Source: Polyangiales bacterium
GTDB lineage: Bacteria > Myxococcota_A > Polyangia > Polyangiales > Ga0077539
Assembly (NCBI GenBank): GCA_044229975.1
Contig: JBGARZ010000009.1
Location: forward strand, 283,947-347,946
Reading direction: 5' to 3'
Length of the DNA: 64,000 nucleotides
This document shows positions 63,858 through 64,000 of this stretch, one piece after another; the first letter of the stretch is position 1, and each line of letters opens with the position of its first letter. The notes under the pieces were generated by a model, which was not told the DNA's origin, made no database searches, and saw nothing but the letters and a program-made list of their open reading frames with translations. The translations under genes and the position numbers were made by a program.

Positions 63858-64000
63858 ACGCCCTGCCACGTTCCGAGGTCGCACCGGCCTGCTGACACCG
63901 GGATGGTGAGCTCGGAGCCCGTCAGCACGCTGCGAACGTGGGCGGGCATGTCGTCGTCGCCTTCTTCGGTGTGCACATAGCGGCGGTCGCCGTCGGGGAC
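63794..64000 (-). CDS. YjbQ/UPF0047 family protein (C-terminal part; gene continues beyond window end)
   Basis: C-terminus LTGSELTIPVSAGRCDLGTWQGVYLWEHR matches the YjbQ signature (SLTIPI..G.L.LGTWQGIYL.E). Confidence 0.6.
   Translation of the reverse strand, partial: VPDGDRRYVHTEEGDDDMPAHVRSVLTGSELTIPVSAGRCDLGTWQGVYLWEHRHAPHTRRVTVTVLG

Overview
This is a roughly 70% GC bacterial chromosomal segment. MYXO-CTERM and Stig1-like cysteine repeats place it in Myxococcota. It is densely coded on both strands, mostly with housekeeping genes: recO, hisS, can, rseP, a PBP1A, ada-alkA/ogt, coaA, dapBA, acs, hisBHAF and pfk. Two insertion sequences are present: an IS1595-like element with a frameshifted transposase and an IS630-like element split into two ORFs. 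There are also many secreted or lipoproteins, a Ser/Thr kinase, a subtilase, and an RsbW/RsbV/PP2C partner-switching module. No rRNA, tRNA or CRISPR was recognised. The most striking feature is an 812-aa bacterial homologue of the eukaryotic major vault protein (30782..33220). It shows N-terminal MVP repeats, a shoulder and a cap-helix signature. It is transcribed divergently from a small operon encoding an NMN-adenylyltransferase-like enzyme, a vWA/zinc-ribbon protein and a pyruvate-kinase-like barrel. Other notable features are an 87-bp perfect inverted repeat between convergent genes (16991..17216) and a second ~55-bp inverted/tandem repeat inside a secreted-protein gene (63603..63800). There is also a novel ~22-unit tandem-repeat secreted protein, a transglutaminase/membrane/scramblase operon, and a kinase ORF with an internal perfect RBS+ATG before a C-terminal domain of unknown function. 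Many long ORFs on the six-frame track are antisense artefacts of the high GC content and were not annotated.
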